A stretch of 64,000 nt of DNA from Bdellovibrio sp. (GCA_036676395.1 JAKFCY010000002.1:640001-704000); one strand, 5' to 3'; positions 48,805 to 58,566 are shown, counted from the first letter of the stretch. Program-made: numbers and translations. The notes: generated from the letters alone by a model not told the origin.

Positions 48805-50034
48805 TTACTTTTTACGTTTAGATTTTTTGCGCATAGATTCTTCTTGTTTAATTAACTCTTGAAAATTCATATCATGCATTGGTGGCATCACGATCATTTC
48901 GTAATTCTTTTTACTGACTTTAGTGACTTCGATTTTTTTACCTAATAGCTCTTCAATACTTTGTAAAAAGGGCATTTCTTCTGGCGCGCAAAATGAAACC
49001 GCAATGCCTTTGTTAAAACCACGGCCAGTACGGCCGATGCGATGAACATAGTTTTCATTTTTTTCTGGCAGATCGTAATTAATCACATGAGTCACATCTG
49101 GAATATCAATACCACGAGCCGACACGTCAGTGGCGATTAACACTTTGCACTCGCCGGCACGAAACGCTCGCATCACTTCAGTACGGTCAGTTTGGTCTTT
49201 TTCACCGTGTAAGGTTAAAGTAGTTACTTCTAATTTAGCTAAGGCCTTAGCAACGCGTTCAGCACGCACGCGTGTACGCACGAACACCACGAATTTACCG
49301 TCTGGGTTTTGTTTAAAGTATTCAGCTAAGAAGTAACGTTTGTCGTCCATATCAATAAACATCACCGAGTGAGTTACGTTTTTTGAAACTGGATCTTCCG
49401 GAGAAATCTGAATACGAATAGCAGAACTTCGAACTTGGTCGTACGCCATCTTTTTAATTTTTGAGTTGATAGTGGCCGAGAAAAACAGGGTTTGGTGGCC
49501 GCGCACTAATTTACGTTTGATAGATTCGATATCATTGATAAAGCCCAGATCAAGCATTTGATCGGCCTCATCTAAAACTAAAGTTTCGATATGGCTTACG
49601 TCCACATAACCTTGGGCGATAAGATCAAACATGCGTCCTGGAGTCGTGATTAAGATATCAATGCCATCGCCAAGTTTGCGGATTTGTTTGTCTTGTTCTA
49701 CGCCGCCATAGAGCGCGAAAGATTTAACTTTCATATTTCTGCAAAGACCATTGAACACTTCACCGATTTGTTGCGCAAGTTCGCGCGTCGGTACCATCAC
49801 TAAACAACGAATGCCTTCGTTACGTTTACTTTTTTTGCGGGAATGAATGTTTTCAATAATTGGAATCGCAAAAGCACCAGTTTTACCGGTACCAGTTTGC
49901 GCGATCGCTAAAACGTCTTCGCCTCTTAAGATCGACGGAATCGCTTTAAATTGGATGTCTGTAGTGCGGAAAAAACCTAAGTTGTTTAGATTGCGTAGTA
50001 AGTCTTCAGAGAGGTGGAATTTTTCGAATTTCAT
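48805..50034 (-). CDS. DEAD-box RNA helicase
   Basis: AQTGTGKT, PTRELA.Q, DEAD, SAT, ARGID, HRIGRTGR. Confidence 0.95.
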   Translation of the reverse strand: MKFEKFHLSEDLLRNLNNLGFFRTTDIQFKAIPSILRGEDVLAIAQTGTGKTGAFAIPIIENIHSRKKSKRNEGIRCLVMVPTRELAQQIGEVFNGLCRNMKVKSFALYGGVEQDKQIRKLGDGIDILITTPGRMFDLIAQGYVDVSHIETLVLDEADQMLDLGFINDIESIKRKLVRGHQTLFFSATINSKIKKMAYDQVRSSAIRIQISPEDPVSKNVTHSVMFIDMDDKRYFLAEYFKQNPDGKFVVFVRTRVRAERVAKALAKLEVTTLTLHGEKDQTDRTEVMRAFRAGECKVLIATDVSARGIDIPDVTHVINYDLPEKNENYVHRIGRTGRGFNKGIAVSFCAPEEMPFLQSIEELLGKKIEVTKVSKKNYEMIVMPPMHDMNFQELIKQEESMRKKSKRKK

Positions 50035-50074
50035 AGAAGCGAACTGTACCACTGCAGGGCCTGCGAATGAAGTT

Positions 50075-50111
50075 AAAAAGGGGGAGAGGCCCCGTTTATG
50101 GAGCCTCTTTT
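50075..50111 (-). terminator. Intrinsic terminator of the 50119-50403 gene
   Basis: Minus strand AGAGGCTC...GGGCCTCT hairpin followed by CCCCCTTTTT. Confidence 0.55.
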
Positions 50112-50118
50112 GTAATAA

Positions 50119-50403
50119 CTACGGAGCTTCGAAAGTTGGGTTAGACGGGTTGTTACCGTGTTGGCCATTAGATCCAGTTGGAACCCAGCTAGGTACGCCG
50201 TACTCAGTTGGAGCTTGGTATTCATTTTCGTTAGATGGATTGTGTGATCCAGCTGGAACACCTTGTGATTCACGCTCTTTGTAAGTCACAGTTTCACATT
50301 GTTGGCCTGATTCGCCACGGTCACAAACAGTTACAGTTACATAACGATCAGCAAAAGCTGCTACAGACATCATAGTGATAGCTGCGATAATCATTGTTTT
50401 CAT
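50119..50403 (-). CDS. Small secreted protein (Cys pair, disordered tail)
   Basis: AAGGAG RBS; MKTMII...AAFA signal; VCDRGESGQQC. Confidence 0.75.
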   Translation of the reverse strand: MKTMIIAAITMMSVAAFADRYVTVTVCDRGESGQQCETVTYKERESQGVPAGSHNPSNENEYQAPTEYGVPSWVPTGSNGQHGNNPSNPTFEAP

Positions 50404-50728
50404 AGGGATCTCCTTTGGTTTTGTGAACCTTTTTGGATTCACAGTTTATTTAAAACACACGTTTGTTGTGCGCTTAGCTTCTCGCAAACTTGTGAAAAAA
50501 GAACAATACAAATTTCACAAAAATTATTTAAAAAGTTCACAAAAAATAATTGAAAATATATGAAAACACAGTAAAAACAACGGCTTATGATTTCAAATTA
50601 TGAAAGATGCATTGCGTAATTGGTGAGGAAATTTGGAACAACAAAGCAATGTTTGACTTGGGGCAGGCTTTAATGATGAATGCCTCTTAAGACACGTTTT
50701 GTGAAAAAGATCCTCTAAAGGAGTGTTC

Positions 50729-51175
50729 ATGGCTAAAGCCGTATTAACCACTGTATTTGCAATTTTAGCGACCGTTGCAGTTCATGCTGCTACCTACACC
50801 AGTCATGCTTATGAAAGTGTATTGAATGGTATTCCTTTAAATAATGCCTGTTTAACCAAAGACCATGTGCAAACCATTAAAGGTCTTACTGTTTGTGAAG
50901 AAAAAAAAGAAGTTGTGCTTAATGATGGCATTAACACCTCAACTGATTTTATCTGTGTGAAATGGTCGACGCAAAATCTTTCATACTCACGTAAATACAT
51001 TTCTGAAGAGTGTACGCAGTTTGTAATTGGCGAAGGTGATATGTCGTGCAAAAAATATGAGAAAAAAACTAAATTACTCCCGCAAACTATTTTAGTGCGT
51101 ACTTGGACAGAAAATGCCGATTACAACAACTATCCGGGTTCAGTTTCTAAATTTACGTTTCCGGCTTGTAAGTAA
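50729..51175 (+). CDS. Secreted six-Cys hypothetical protein
   Basis: AAGGAG RBS; signal ...AVHA; ends FPACK. Confidence 0.75.
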   Translation: MAKAVLTTVFAILATVAVHAATYTSHAYESVLNGIPLNNACLTKDHVQTIKGLTVCEEKKEVVLNDGINTSTDFICVKWSTQNLSYSRKYISEECTQFVIGEGDMSCKKYEKKTKLLPQTILVRTWTENADYNNYPGSVSKFTFPACK

Positions 51176-51183
51176 GGGTGTAA

Positions 51184-52017
51184 ATGAACAGCCTTTCTCA
51201 AGCCACCTCAATTAAAGACTTTGTTAGCTTCGAGCTTCGTAAGACGCTTGAAAACGATGAGACTTTAAAAACATTGAGTGAAAAACTAAATCTAAAATCT
51301 CCGAGTTTGTTATCAATGATAGCTAACGGCAAGCGCTTACCTTCAGAGGCGGTTTTAGAAAAGCTTTTTAACGTTTGGAAAACCGGCGCAAAAGAGCGTA
51401 AATTTTTACGTCTGCAATTACAGCTGGAAAAAAAGCATCAAAAAGGAAAAGAAGCCTTAAGCTTGATGCAAGAAATTAAAAAGTTAAATCCACCAAGTGC
51501 ATTTTATAAATTAAAACTAAAACAAATCGAATCAGTGCGCGACTGGCATGTGCTGGTGGTACGAGCCCTGGCTAACAACCCAGAATTTAAAGCTGATCCG
51601 CAATGGATTGCTGAGCGCTTAAGAAACAAAATTAGTCCGAAACAAGCTCGCGCAGCTTTAACTTTATTAATCGATCGTGGATTATTAGCTCAAGATGCAA
51701 AAACTGGAAAGATCACAGTTTGCCAGGATTACATTGAAACCACGCATGAGATTCCTTCAGAGGCTATTCGCCACCATCACCGTGGTATGCTTAATCGTGC
51801 CCTTGAAGCTTTAAACGAACAATCAGTTGCCGAGCGTTTATTTAATTCGATCACTTTAAATTTTAAACCTGAAGATCTGGAAGCTGCAAAAAAACGAATT
51901 GTCGAATTCAACCGTGCTTTTCACGATGAATTTGGCAATAACGAATCAGAAATGGTCTATCAGCTTAATATTCAGTTATTCAGTCACACTATTCCCCAGA
52001 TAGGAAAAGTAAAATGA
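51184..52017 (+). CDS. TIGR02147/DUF4423 family protein (putative HTH regulator)
   Basis: KSPSLLSMIANGKRLP HTH; W....VR.L, WIAERL, AIRHHH..ML..A.EAL......ER.F.S.T, VYQLNIQLF. Confidence 0.9.
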   Translation: MNSLSQATSIKDFVSFELRKTLENDETLKTLSEKLNLKSPSLLSMIANGKRLPSEAVLEKLFNVWKTGAKERKFLRLQLQLEKKHQKGKEALSLMQEIKKLNPPSAFYKLKLKQIESVRDWHVLVVRALANNPEFKADPQWIAERLRNKISPKQARAALTLLIDRGLLAQDAKTGKITVCQDYIETTHEIPSEAIRHHHRGMLNRALEALNEQSVAERLFNSITLNFKPEDLEAAKKRIVEFNRAFHDEFGNNESEMVYQLNIQLFSHTIPQIGKVK

Positions 52018-52895
52018 GAAACGCAAAAAATCTTTTAGCTGTATCTGTATTTTTATTGTCAGCAATCACTCAGGCGGGTGGAAGTTTTGTCGGCAACGGC
52101 GCAGGCCTTATGGAAAACCGTTTTCAATACGGTTATGCCTCGCTGAATAAAGTGTTGATGAATTGTTTAATCAATAATGATTGCGGTTTGACAGCGCAAG
52201 AAAAAATAATCGCTGAAAATGTGTCAGAAGTGTTGATGCAAAACATTTCTAATGCAGACAAGTTTGTTTTCGTGACTGATAAACAATTTTCTGATCTGAC
52301 AACAATGCCGATGAATGAACCGCACCGTATTGCTATGACCGGCTTAACGCCGCAAGATCCGATCTATATCAATGTCGATCTTTTATATGATTTATCTGGC
52401 AAACCACAATTAGAGTACGGCGCTGTTGTTGCTCTTGTTTTTCATGAAGTGGGTCACCAAACGGGCGAAACTTCCCACCAATTACTGGATATTATCGGCA
52501 GCAAACTTCGTTTAAAACTTGAAGAAGAAACTTTGGTTTATAAGTTTGAATTGGTTAATTTAGATAAAATCGAAGTGGTTATGAGCAATTATTCATCGCC
52601 AAATAAATTTGCCGAAATTCGCATTAGCCGTAATCACAATGCTATGACTAGCGTTGGCGCAAATATTTCAAAAAGTTTTAAATGTAGCGATAAAAAAGCC
52701 AGAGTGACTGCGTACGAATATTTTAATGGTTATTTTACGCCGGTATTTAAGGGCTCAAAGGCGACATTTAATTTTATTGCTAACATTCACTGTGTAAAAA
52801 TGAACGGCCAGTTAAATATCGAACGTAAGAATGTAAGCTTTGATATCCGCCAAGATAACTCAATCGACAGTTTGAAGATATCAGCGATTTTTTAA
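52014..52895 (+). CDS. Secreted protein with GGSFVGNG N-terminus and HExxH motif
   Basis: ATGA overlap with the TIGR02147 gene; signal ...TQA; FHEVGHQ. Confidence 0.8.
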   Translation: MRNAKNLLAVSVFLLSAITQAGGSFVGNGAGLMENRFQYGYASLNKVLMNCLINNDCGLTAQEKIIAENVSEVLMQNISNADKFVFVTDKQFSDLTTMPMNEPHRIAMTGLTPQDPIYINVDLLYDLSGKPQLEYGAVVALVFHEVGHQTGETSHQLLDIIGSKLRLKLEEETLVYKFELVNLDKIEVVMSNYSSPNKFAEIRISRNHNAMTSVGANISKSFKCSDKKARVTAYEYFNGYFTPVFKGSKATFNFIANIHCVKMNGQLNIERKNVSFDIRQDNSIDSLKISAIF

Positions 52896-53227
52896 TTGCG
52901 AATGACTCGCCAAAGTTTTGATAAAAATGACTTTGGCGGTAGCGCTTTATTAAGTAACTCGGTAATTTCTTGCTGCTGGTGTAATTCTGCCGCTTGCAGC
53001 GGCGTGAGATTGTCATACTCAGACAATAGAGCAGGATCAGCTCCATGTTGTAATAAATATTTTGCAATTGATATGTGGCCAGCGCTAATTGCTGCAACCA
53101 GCGGGGTGCAAAGAATTTCTGGGTGTTGGTAATTCGGATTTACACCGTTAGCGATATGGTATTGTACCAGCGCTAGATTGCCAGTGGATGCTGCATTATA
53201 CATTTCTTTCCAGTCGCCGGCAGACAT
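52892..53227 (-). CDS. Ankyrin repeat protein
   Basis: AA..GNL..V, TPL.AAI..GH..IAKYLL.HGADP, TPL..A. Confidence 0.9.
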   Translation of the reverse strand: MSAGDWKEMYNAASTGNLALVQYHIANGVNPNYQHPEILCTPLVAAISAGHISIAKYLLQHGADPALLSEYDNLTPLQAAELHQQQEITELLNKALPPKSFLSKLWRVIRN

Positions 53228-53260
53228 TACAGGTTATTCGCTTTCAAAATATAGAGCCAA

Positions 53261-54025
53261 TTAGTCTTCATTCTTTTCATCCTTATCGTCTTTGTCGTCA
53301 TCAAATTTCAGATCAAAGAAATCAGTCGATGGTTGCTCTACCCGAGGAATCTCTGGGGCTACGCGGTTTAAGATGCGATGTTGTCGTGAAGTAACATAAG
53401 CCGACGGGCGGTCAATGCGAAACCTGCGCGGGTTAGGCAGAACAGCGGCGATCAGTGAAGCTTGTGATGAATTGATTGTCTTCGCAGTTTTTTTAAAAAA
53501 CTTATTTGAAGCGGCTTCGACACCGTATACCCCAGAACCAAGCTCTACCACGTTTAGATAAACTTCCATAATACGTTCTTTGGGCCACATCACTTCGATT
53601 AAAACAGTAAAGTAAGCCTCCATGCCTTTACGAAGCCAATCCCTGCGCGGCCATAAAAACACATTTTTTGCTGTTTGTTGGCTGATGGTGCTAGCGCCTT
53701 TTTTTCGCTTATGTGTTTGATTATACTTTATGGCTTTTTCGATCGCGTCGTAATCAAAACCATTGTGTTCAAAAAAACGATAGTCTTCAGATTTTAAAAC
53801 AGCTTTTTGTACAGATGGCGCGATTTCTTCAATAGGCACCCAGGTTTTATTCATGCCGACAAATTTTTCTTCGGCCAAAGATTGCAGCGTTCTGATAAAC
53901 ATCAGCGGCGTAAAGTAAACAGGCACATAGCGATAAAAGAAAACGCTTCCGAACGTGCTTACGAAAAACAGCAGAATTAATTGCAGGGTGAGTTTTTTAA
54001 AGCGCGGCCAAAAGTTCTTTTGCAT
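53261..54025 (-). CDS. mtgA: Monofunctional biosynthetic peptidoglycan transglycosylase
   Basis: SEDYRFFEHNGFD, GASTISQQTAKN.FLW, RK..E, KERI.EVYLN. Confidence 0.95.
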   Translation of the reverse strand: MQKNFWPRFKKLTLQLILLFFVSTFGSVFFYRYVPVYFTPLMFIRTLQSLAEEKFVGMNKTWVPIEEIAPSVQKAVLKSEDYRFFEHNGFDYDAIEKAIKYNQTHKRKKGASTISQQTAKNVFLWPRRDWLRKGMEAYFTVLIEVMWPKERIMEVYLNVVELGSGVYGVEAASNKFFKKTAKTINSSQASLIAAVLPNPRRFRIDRPSAYVTSRQHRILNRVAPEIPRVEQPSTDFFDLKFDDDKDDKDEKNED

Positions 54026-54127
54026 ATAGCTGGTTTAATTATAGCGTTAACGGGCTAAAAGTCATTCACACTAAAGTAGGGAAATTTTGTTTATTGACCT
54101 GAAATGCCCATCTTTTAGAATGAAAAG

Positions 54128-56320
54128 ATGGCTTTTCCTGTTTTACCGGCAAAATACTATCTGACGCATTTTCATGAATTCTTAGAATTCATTGAAGCGC
54201 ACTATTTACCAGTCATGGAAGCAGAACATGTGCAGTTTATTAAAAGCTTTCAAAGCTTAAGCGAAGATGCACAATGCATTTATGTTCGCATGGTCAACCG
54301 CAAAGGAATTCTATTCGCTAAAGCAGGTTTTGTTAAATATGCTGAAATAAGCCAACACGAAAAAGCCTATGCAGAATTAAAGCAATTTGAATTTATAACA
54401 ACTGTCAGCGATCATCATAAATTAGATTTAATTGGCTTTTTCAGTAAAAAAGAAAACCATCAATGGTTTAAAAAAAGTAATATCAAATTTAATAAAACAG
54501 ATAGTGTCGATCAGCTGGAAGAGCTAGCGTTAGCAAATCTAGAACAACTCAGTATTGAACATTTAGCTGATTTAGATCAGTTAATTGTGCAGGCCTATCA
54601 AGAAGAGTTAAGTTATCTCCTGTTTTTATTTTTTGGCACTTTACAGACAAGCCTTAGTCTTTATACTTTACGCGACTTGGGAATCCGTCAGAAAAGTCAG
54701 TTCAAAGAAAAATTCAAACCTCGCTATGCAGATCTAACGATAGCACAAACCGAATACCAGCTATTAAAGGTTATAAATAATTTAGGCGAAGATAATTTAG
54801 ATCAAGCTCTCGAGTTCGGGCTTTCAGTTAAAATTAATAAAAGCAGCACTCAAGCTTTAAAGAGTGAACTTTTATTAGAAATCGCCAGTTTATGTGAAGA
54901 GCAGCAGCCACAAAAGGCTATTGCCGCATTGAAAGAAGCAAAAAATTATCCGGCCAGGCAGAATTTAGCTAAACTTTACTATAAATTAGAACAAAAAGAA
55001 GACTGCAAAACAGTTTTAGAAGCTATTATTGACCAACCGGCAAATGATGAAGAAATTCTATTCGCCGAAGACTATCTGGATCGTAAATTTAATAAAAAGA
55101 AAATGGGCTATCTGACCCAAGCCCTGCGCTCTGCCAAAGAGATTTCTTTAAGCGAAGCTTATCTTAAAAATCCGGAAGCGGGTGTAAAAGACTATTTTGA
55201 AAAAAAGGGGATTCAGGCAACGTTTACTGAAAATTACCTTTGGTGCGCGTTGTTTGGTTTGTTTTTTTGGAACGAAATTTTTGAAGATGAGCAGTCAGCA
55301 TTGCACAATGCTTTTGAAAGGTCTCCGGCAGATCTGGTGGGCGAAGAATTTTATTTAAATCATAAAAAACAAATCGAAGATAAGTTATTACTTCTGACAG
55401 ACTATAAAAAAACTGAAAAATTAATTTTAAAAACAGTCACTGAAAAGCTTGGTAAGCTCAATGATATTTTTCAATGGCATCCAACAGTAGCCAAATTGGT
55501 GCTAAGTTTTTTAAAGGCTTCTACGCAAAAAGACGTTGCGCACATTCTTCGAATGATGAGTCAAAATTTTTCAAATTACCACAGCGGCTATCCTGATTTA
55601 ATGCTTGAGACTGAAGAAGGCATTCAATTTGTAGAGGTTAAAGCTGAAGGTGATGTCTTAAAGGCGAAACAACTTTCAAAATTACATTTATTAAAAGAAG
55701 CCGGCTTTGAAGTGAGTGTCTTAAGAGTTAATTGGGTAACAGATCCGAATCAAGTGTATGTGGTTGTTGATATTGAAACGACCGGTGGGTCGGGAATTTT
55801 TCACAAGATCACTGAAATTGGCGCGGTCAAAATTCAAAACGGTAAAATTATCGAAGAGTTTCAAACTTTGCTTAACCCCGGCAGAGCCATACCGAAATAC
55901 ATTACGGGAATTACCGGGATTACCAATGAAATGGTTAAGGATGCTCCAAAGTTCAGTGATATTGCTGATCAATTTTTTGAATTCACAAAAGGGGCGATCT
56001 TTGTGGCTCATAATGTGCGTTTCGATTACGGCTTTATTCAAAAAGAATATCAACGTCTTGAAACATCCTATGTACGGCCGTTGTTATGTACAGTGCAAGG
56101 CATGCGCAAGCATTATCCGGGTTTATCATCATACAGTTTAAAAAATCTTTGTGTGAATTTTAATATTTCGCTAGAGCAACATCACCGTGCGATGTTTGAT
56201 GCAAAAGCTGCCGCTGAATTGTTAAATTTGATTCATCTTAAGAAAACGCCTTCTCAGGCAGAAGACAGTGCGCAAGGTTTGCGTCAAGAATCTGTGGTCG
56301 ACCGAAATTTTTTCGATTAA
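54128..56320 (+). CDS. FAN1-like VRR-NUC nuclease fused to a DEDDh (DnaQ-like) 3'-5' exonuclease
   Basis: YYL.HF...YVRMVNRKG (bacterial FAN1 N-terminus), EN.LW..LFGL.FW, GYPDL...EVK.EGD.L...Q; then DIETTG, AHNVRFD, HHRA..DA. Confidence 0.85.
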   Translation: MAFPVLPAKYYLTHFHEFLEFIEAHYLPVMEAEHVQFIKSFQSLSEDAQCIYVRMVNRKGILFAKAGFVKYAEISQHEKAYAELKQFEFITTVSDHHKLDLIGFFSKKENHQWFKKSNIKFNKTDSVDQLEELALANLEQLSIEHLADLDQLIVQAYQEELSYLLFLFFGTLQTSLSLYTLRDLGIRQKSQFKEKFKPRYADLTIAQTEYQLLKVINNLGEDNLDQALEFGLSVKINKSSTQALKSELLLEIASLCEEQQPQKAIAALKEAKNYPARQNLAKLYYKLEQKEDCKTVLEAIIDQPANDEEILFAEDYLDRKFNKKKMGYLTQALRSAKEISLSEAYLKNPEAGVKDYFEKKGIQATFTENYLWCALFGLFFWNEIFEDEQSALHNAFERSPADLVGEEFYLNHKKQIEDKLLLLTDYKKTEKLILKTVTEKLGKLNDIFQWHPTVAKLVLSFLKASTQKDVAHILRMMSQNFSNYHSGYPDLMLETEEGIQFVEVKAEGDVLKAKQLSKLHLLKEAGFEVSVLRVNWVTDPNQVYVVVDIETTGGSGIFHKITEIGAVKIQNGKIIEEFQTLLNPGRAIPKYITGITGITNEMVKDAPKFSDIADQFFEFTKGAIFVAHNVRFDYGFIQKEYQRLETSYVRPLLCTVQGMRKHYPGLSSYSLKNLCVNFNISLEQHHRAMFDAKAAAELLNLIHLKKTPSQAEDSAQGLRQESVVDRNFFD

Positions 56321-56429
56321 TGAGGCATTTTGCCAAGCAAGCGACTAATCACCAGTTATGCAGTGTTCGCGTTGTTGATTGATACTCGTGGTCTAATTCA
56401 GTCTTTGATTATAACGATCAAGGAGAATT

Positions 56430-56918
56430 ATGAAACAACTTATCTTAACTTTAATTGTTCTAACAACGACAGCTGTCTTCGCAGACACGATGCCTAAAGT
56501 CACTGCGACAGACAGTGGTCACGTCATGCACAGTAAAAAATCTATGAAGTGGGCAGCCGCGCCACCTTCATTACCCGCTGGTGCGCAGGCCGCCGTTATA
56601 GATGGTGATCCAACTAAGGCCGGTGAATTTACAATGCGACTGAAATTTCCAGCTAATTATAAAATTCCACCGCACACTCATCCGGTGGATGAACACATCA
56701 CTGTTATTGAAGGCACATTTAGTATGGGATTAGGCGAAAAATTCGATGCTAAAACTGCTCATGCGATGAGTGCCGGAGATTATGCTCGCATGACTGCAGG
56801 TACCAAGCATTTCGCTATGACAAAATCGCCCACTGTGGTTCAGTTGCATGGTAATGGACCGTGGGGAATAACGTACGTTAACCCAGCCGATGATCCGCGC
56901 GAGGCGATTAAAAAATAA
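56430..56918 (+). CDS. Secreted cupin domain protein (DUF4437-like)
   Basis: Signal peptide; GDP...G.F..RLKFPA.YKIPPHTHP.DEH.TV..G; H.A; GPW.I.YV.P.DDP. Confidence 0.85.
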   Translation: MKQLILTLIVLTTTAVFADTMPKVTATDSGHVMHSKKSMKWAAAPPSLPAGAQAAVIDGDPTKAGEFTMRLKFPANYKIPPHTHPVDEHITVIEGTFSMGLGEKFDAKTAHAMSAGDYARMTAGTKHFAMTKSPTVVQLHGNGPWGITYVNPADDPREAIKK

Positions 56919-56925
56919 AATCATT

Positions 56926-58002
56926 TTAATTAAATTCGAAAACTACAATTTCACAACGTGTGAACCAACGCATGGGCGGGCCCCAATAGCCCGTGCCTTG
57001 GTGTGCGAAAACGCGAGTACCTTTAATTGTTTTAAAGCCGCTAACCACTGGCTGAACCATTCGTACGAATATTCCGAACGGAAAAATTTGACCACCATGA
57101 GTATGACCAGAAAGTAATAGATCACATTTTTCTTTATTTAGATCAAACACACTAGAAGGCTCGTGGGCCAATAATATTTTGTAATCAACTTTTTCAGAAG
57201 TTTTTAATGCTTGATCAGGATTTGATTCAAGTTTTTTGTGAAATCTATTTACGGCGCGATCGGGAACTCCGGCGATCAAAAGTTTTCCGTTATCGCGTAC
57301 AATGATCTGGTGAGAGTTGTGTAAAACATCAAATCCTAAATCATGAAGTCTGGCTTCCCAATCGCCGCCACGAATGTATTCATGATTTCCTGTAACATAA
57401 AACTTGCGTGCTGTGATTTGTGCTAGTGGATCTATCAAGGGTGATGTTTCATCAAACGGGGCATCGACTAAATCACCAGTGACGACAACTAGATCAGCAC
57501 GAGCTGCTTGAATGCGATCGACAACTTTTTGCAACCAAGCTTTACGTAATAACGGCATACCGATATGCAGATCTGAAATTTGTACGACTCGTAACCCGCG
57601 TAAAAATTCTGGGCCAGATAATTTGTGTGTAACGACTTGTGGGCCAAAAACGTTTAGGCGCAGCGACCAAAGCGAAATAATTCCCGTCGCGTATAACATC
57701 CATGAAGAATGTATCGGTAATGCCAGTAAAGAAAAAATCAGCTGAACAATAGCAAAGAAAAAAGCGATGGTAAATATACCCATCCAGATGAAGCCACCCA
57801 TGATGACATGTCGTAAGCGCTCGCGAAATGGTGACATGCTAATAAGCAATGAACCCGGCATAAAAATCACACCGAACGTTAACAGAATAACCAGCCAGAC
57901 TGGTGTCGAGACAAAGCTAAGAGCGGCCATGGTGTAGATAAACCAATGCAATAAGCCAAGCATGGTCGTAATAATAATTAAGGGTATCGCTATGCCTCTC
58001 AT
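56926..58002 (-). CDS. Membrane-anchored metallophosphoesterase (YkuE-like)
   Basis: N-terminal TM helices; SDLH, TGDLVD, GNHE, LAH.P, GHTHGGQ. Confidence 0.92.
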   Translation of the reverse strand: MRGIAIPLIIITTMLGLLHWFIYTMAALSFVSTPVWLVILLTFGVIFMPGSLLISMSPFRERLRHVIMGGFIWMGIFTIAFFFAIVQLIFSLLALPIHSSWMLYATGIISLWSLRLNVFGPQVVTHKLSGPEFLRGLRVVQISDLHIGMPLLRKAWLQKVVDRIQAARADLVVVTGDLVDAPFDETSPLIDPLAQITARKFYVTGNHEYIRGGDWEARLHDLGFDVLHNSHQIIVRDNGKLLIAGVPDRAVNRFHKKLESNPDQALKTSEKVDYKILLAHEPSSVFDLNKEKCDLLLSGHTHGGQIFPFGIFVRMVQPVVSGFKTIKGTRVFAHQGTGYWGPPMRWFTRCEIVVFEFN

Positions 58003-58424
58003 GAGCTGAGCTTCGGGGTGCCCATGTTCTTTTTAAGTTCAAGAACTTGCACAACTAACATTGGATCCTGGCTTTGGGCGATTTTAAGTTTACTTTTAAA
58101 ATCAGGGTATAAATCAGATTCATCAAATAATGAATGCACTTCGGTTAAAACTGATCTGTGCAGGTCTTCTAAGATGGTTGTCTCATCGTCAAGGGATTCA
58201 TCCATGCGAACCACAAGACTTGTGATTTTTCGTAGCCAGTCAAAATCTTCGTGTGACATCGATAAATGCAAAACATCATAAGGCGTTAAACTTTTTTCGT
58301 TTTGGGCTTCGTATTTTTCTTTTTGAAATTGTAACAAAGACTTGTGCACGCGCAAAAGTAGTTGTGAAACTTTAGTAAGATCTGCTTTGATATTTTTTCT
58401 GTTTTCTTCTGCGGACATATGCAA
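57999..58424 (-). CDS. Hypothetical helical protein
   Basis: Clean ORF overlapping the downstream gene by 4 nt. Confidence 0.7.
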   Translation of the reverse strand: MHMSAEENRKNIKADLTKVSQLLLRVHKSLLQFQKEKYEAQNEKSLTPYDVLHLSMSHEDFDWLRKITSLVVRMDESLDDETTILEDLHRSVLTEVHSLFDESDLYPDFKSKLKIAQSQDPMLVVQVLELKKNMGTPKLSS

Positions 58425-58566
58425 TTCCTAGCTTTACATTGTAAAGTCTAGGAAGGGTTAGTTACCTTTGGCAACTGGTTTTTGGAGTTCTTCATTAACC
58501 ACCAGCATTATTATACAGATCTACCTCAGTTTTAGGCGCTAAGATTCGAATCGAGCTACAGCCTTA

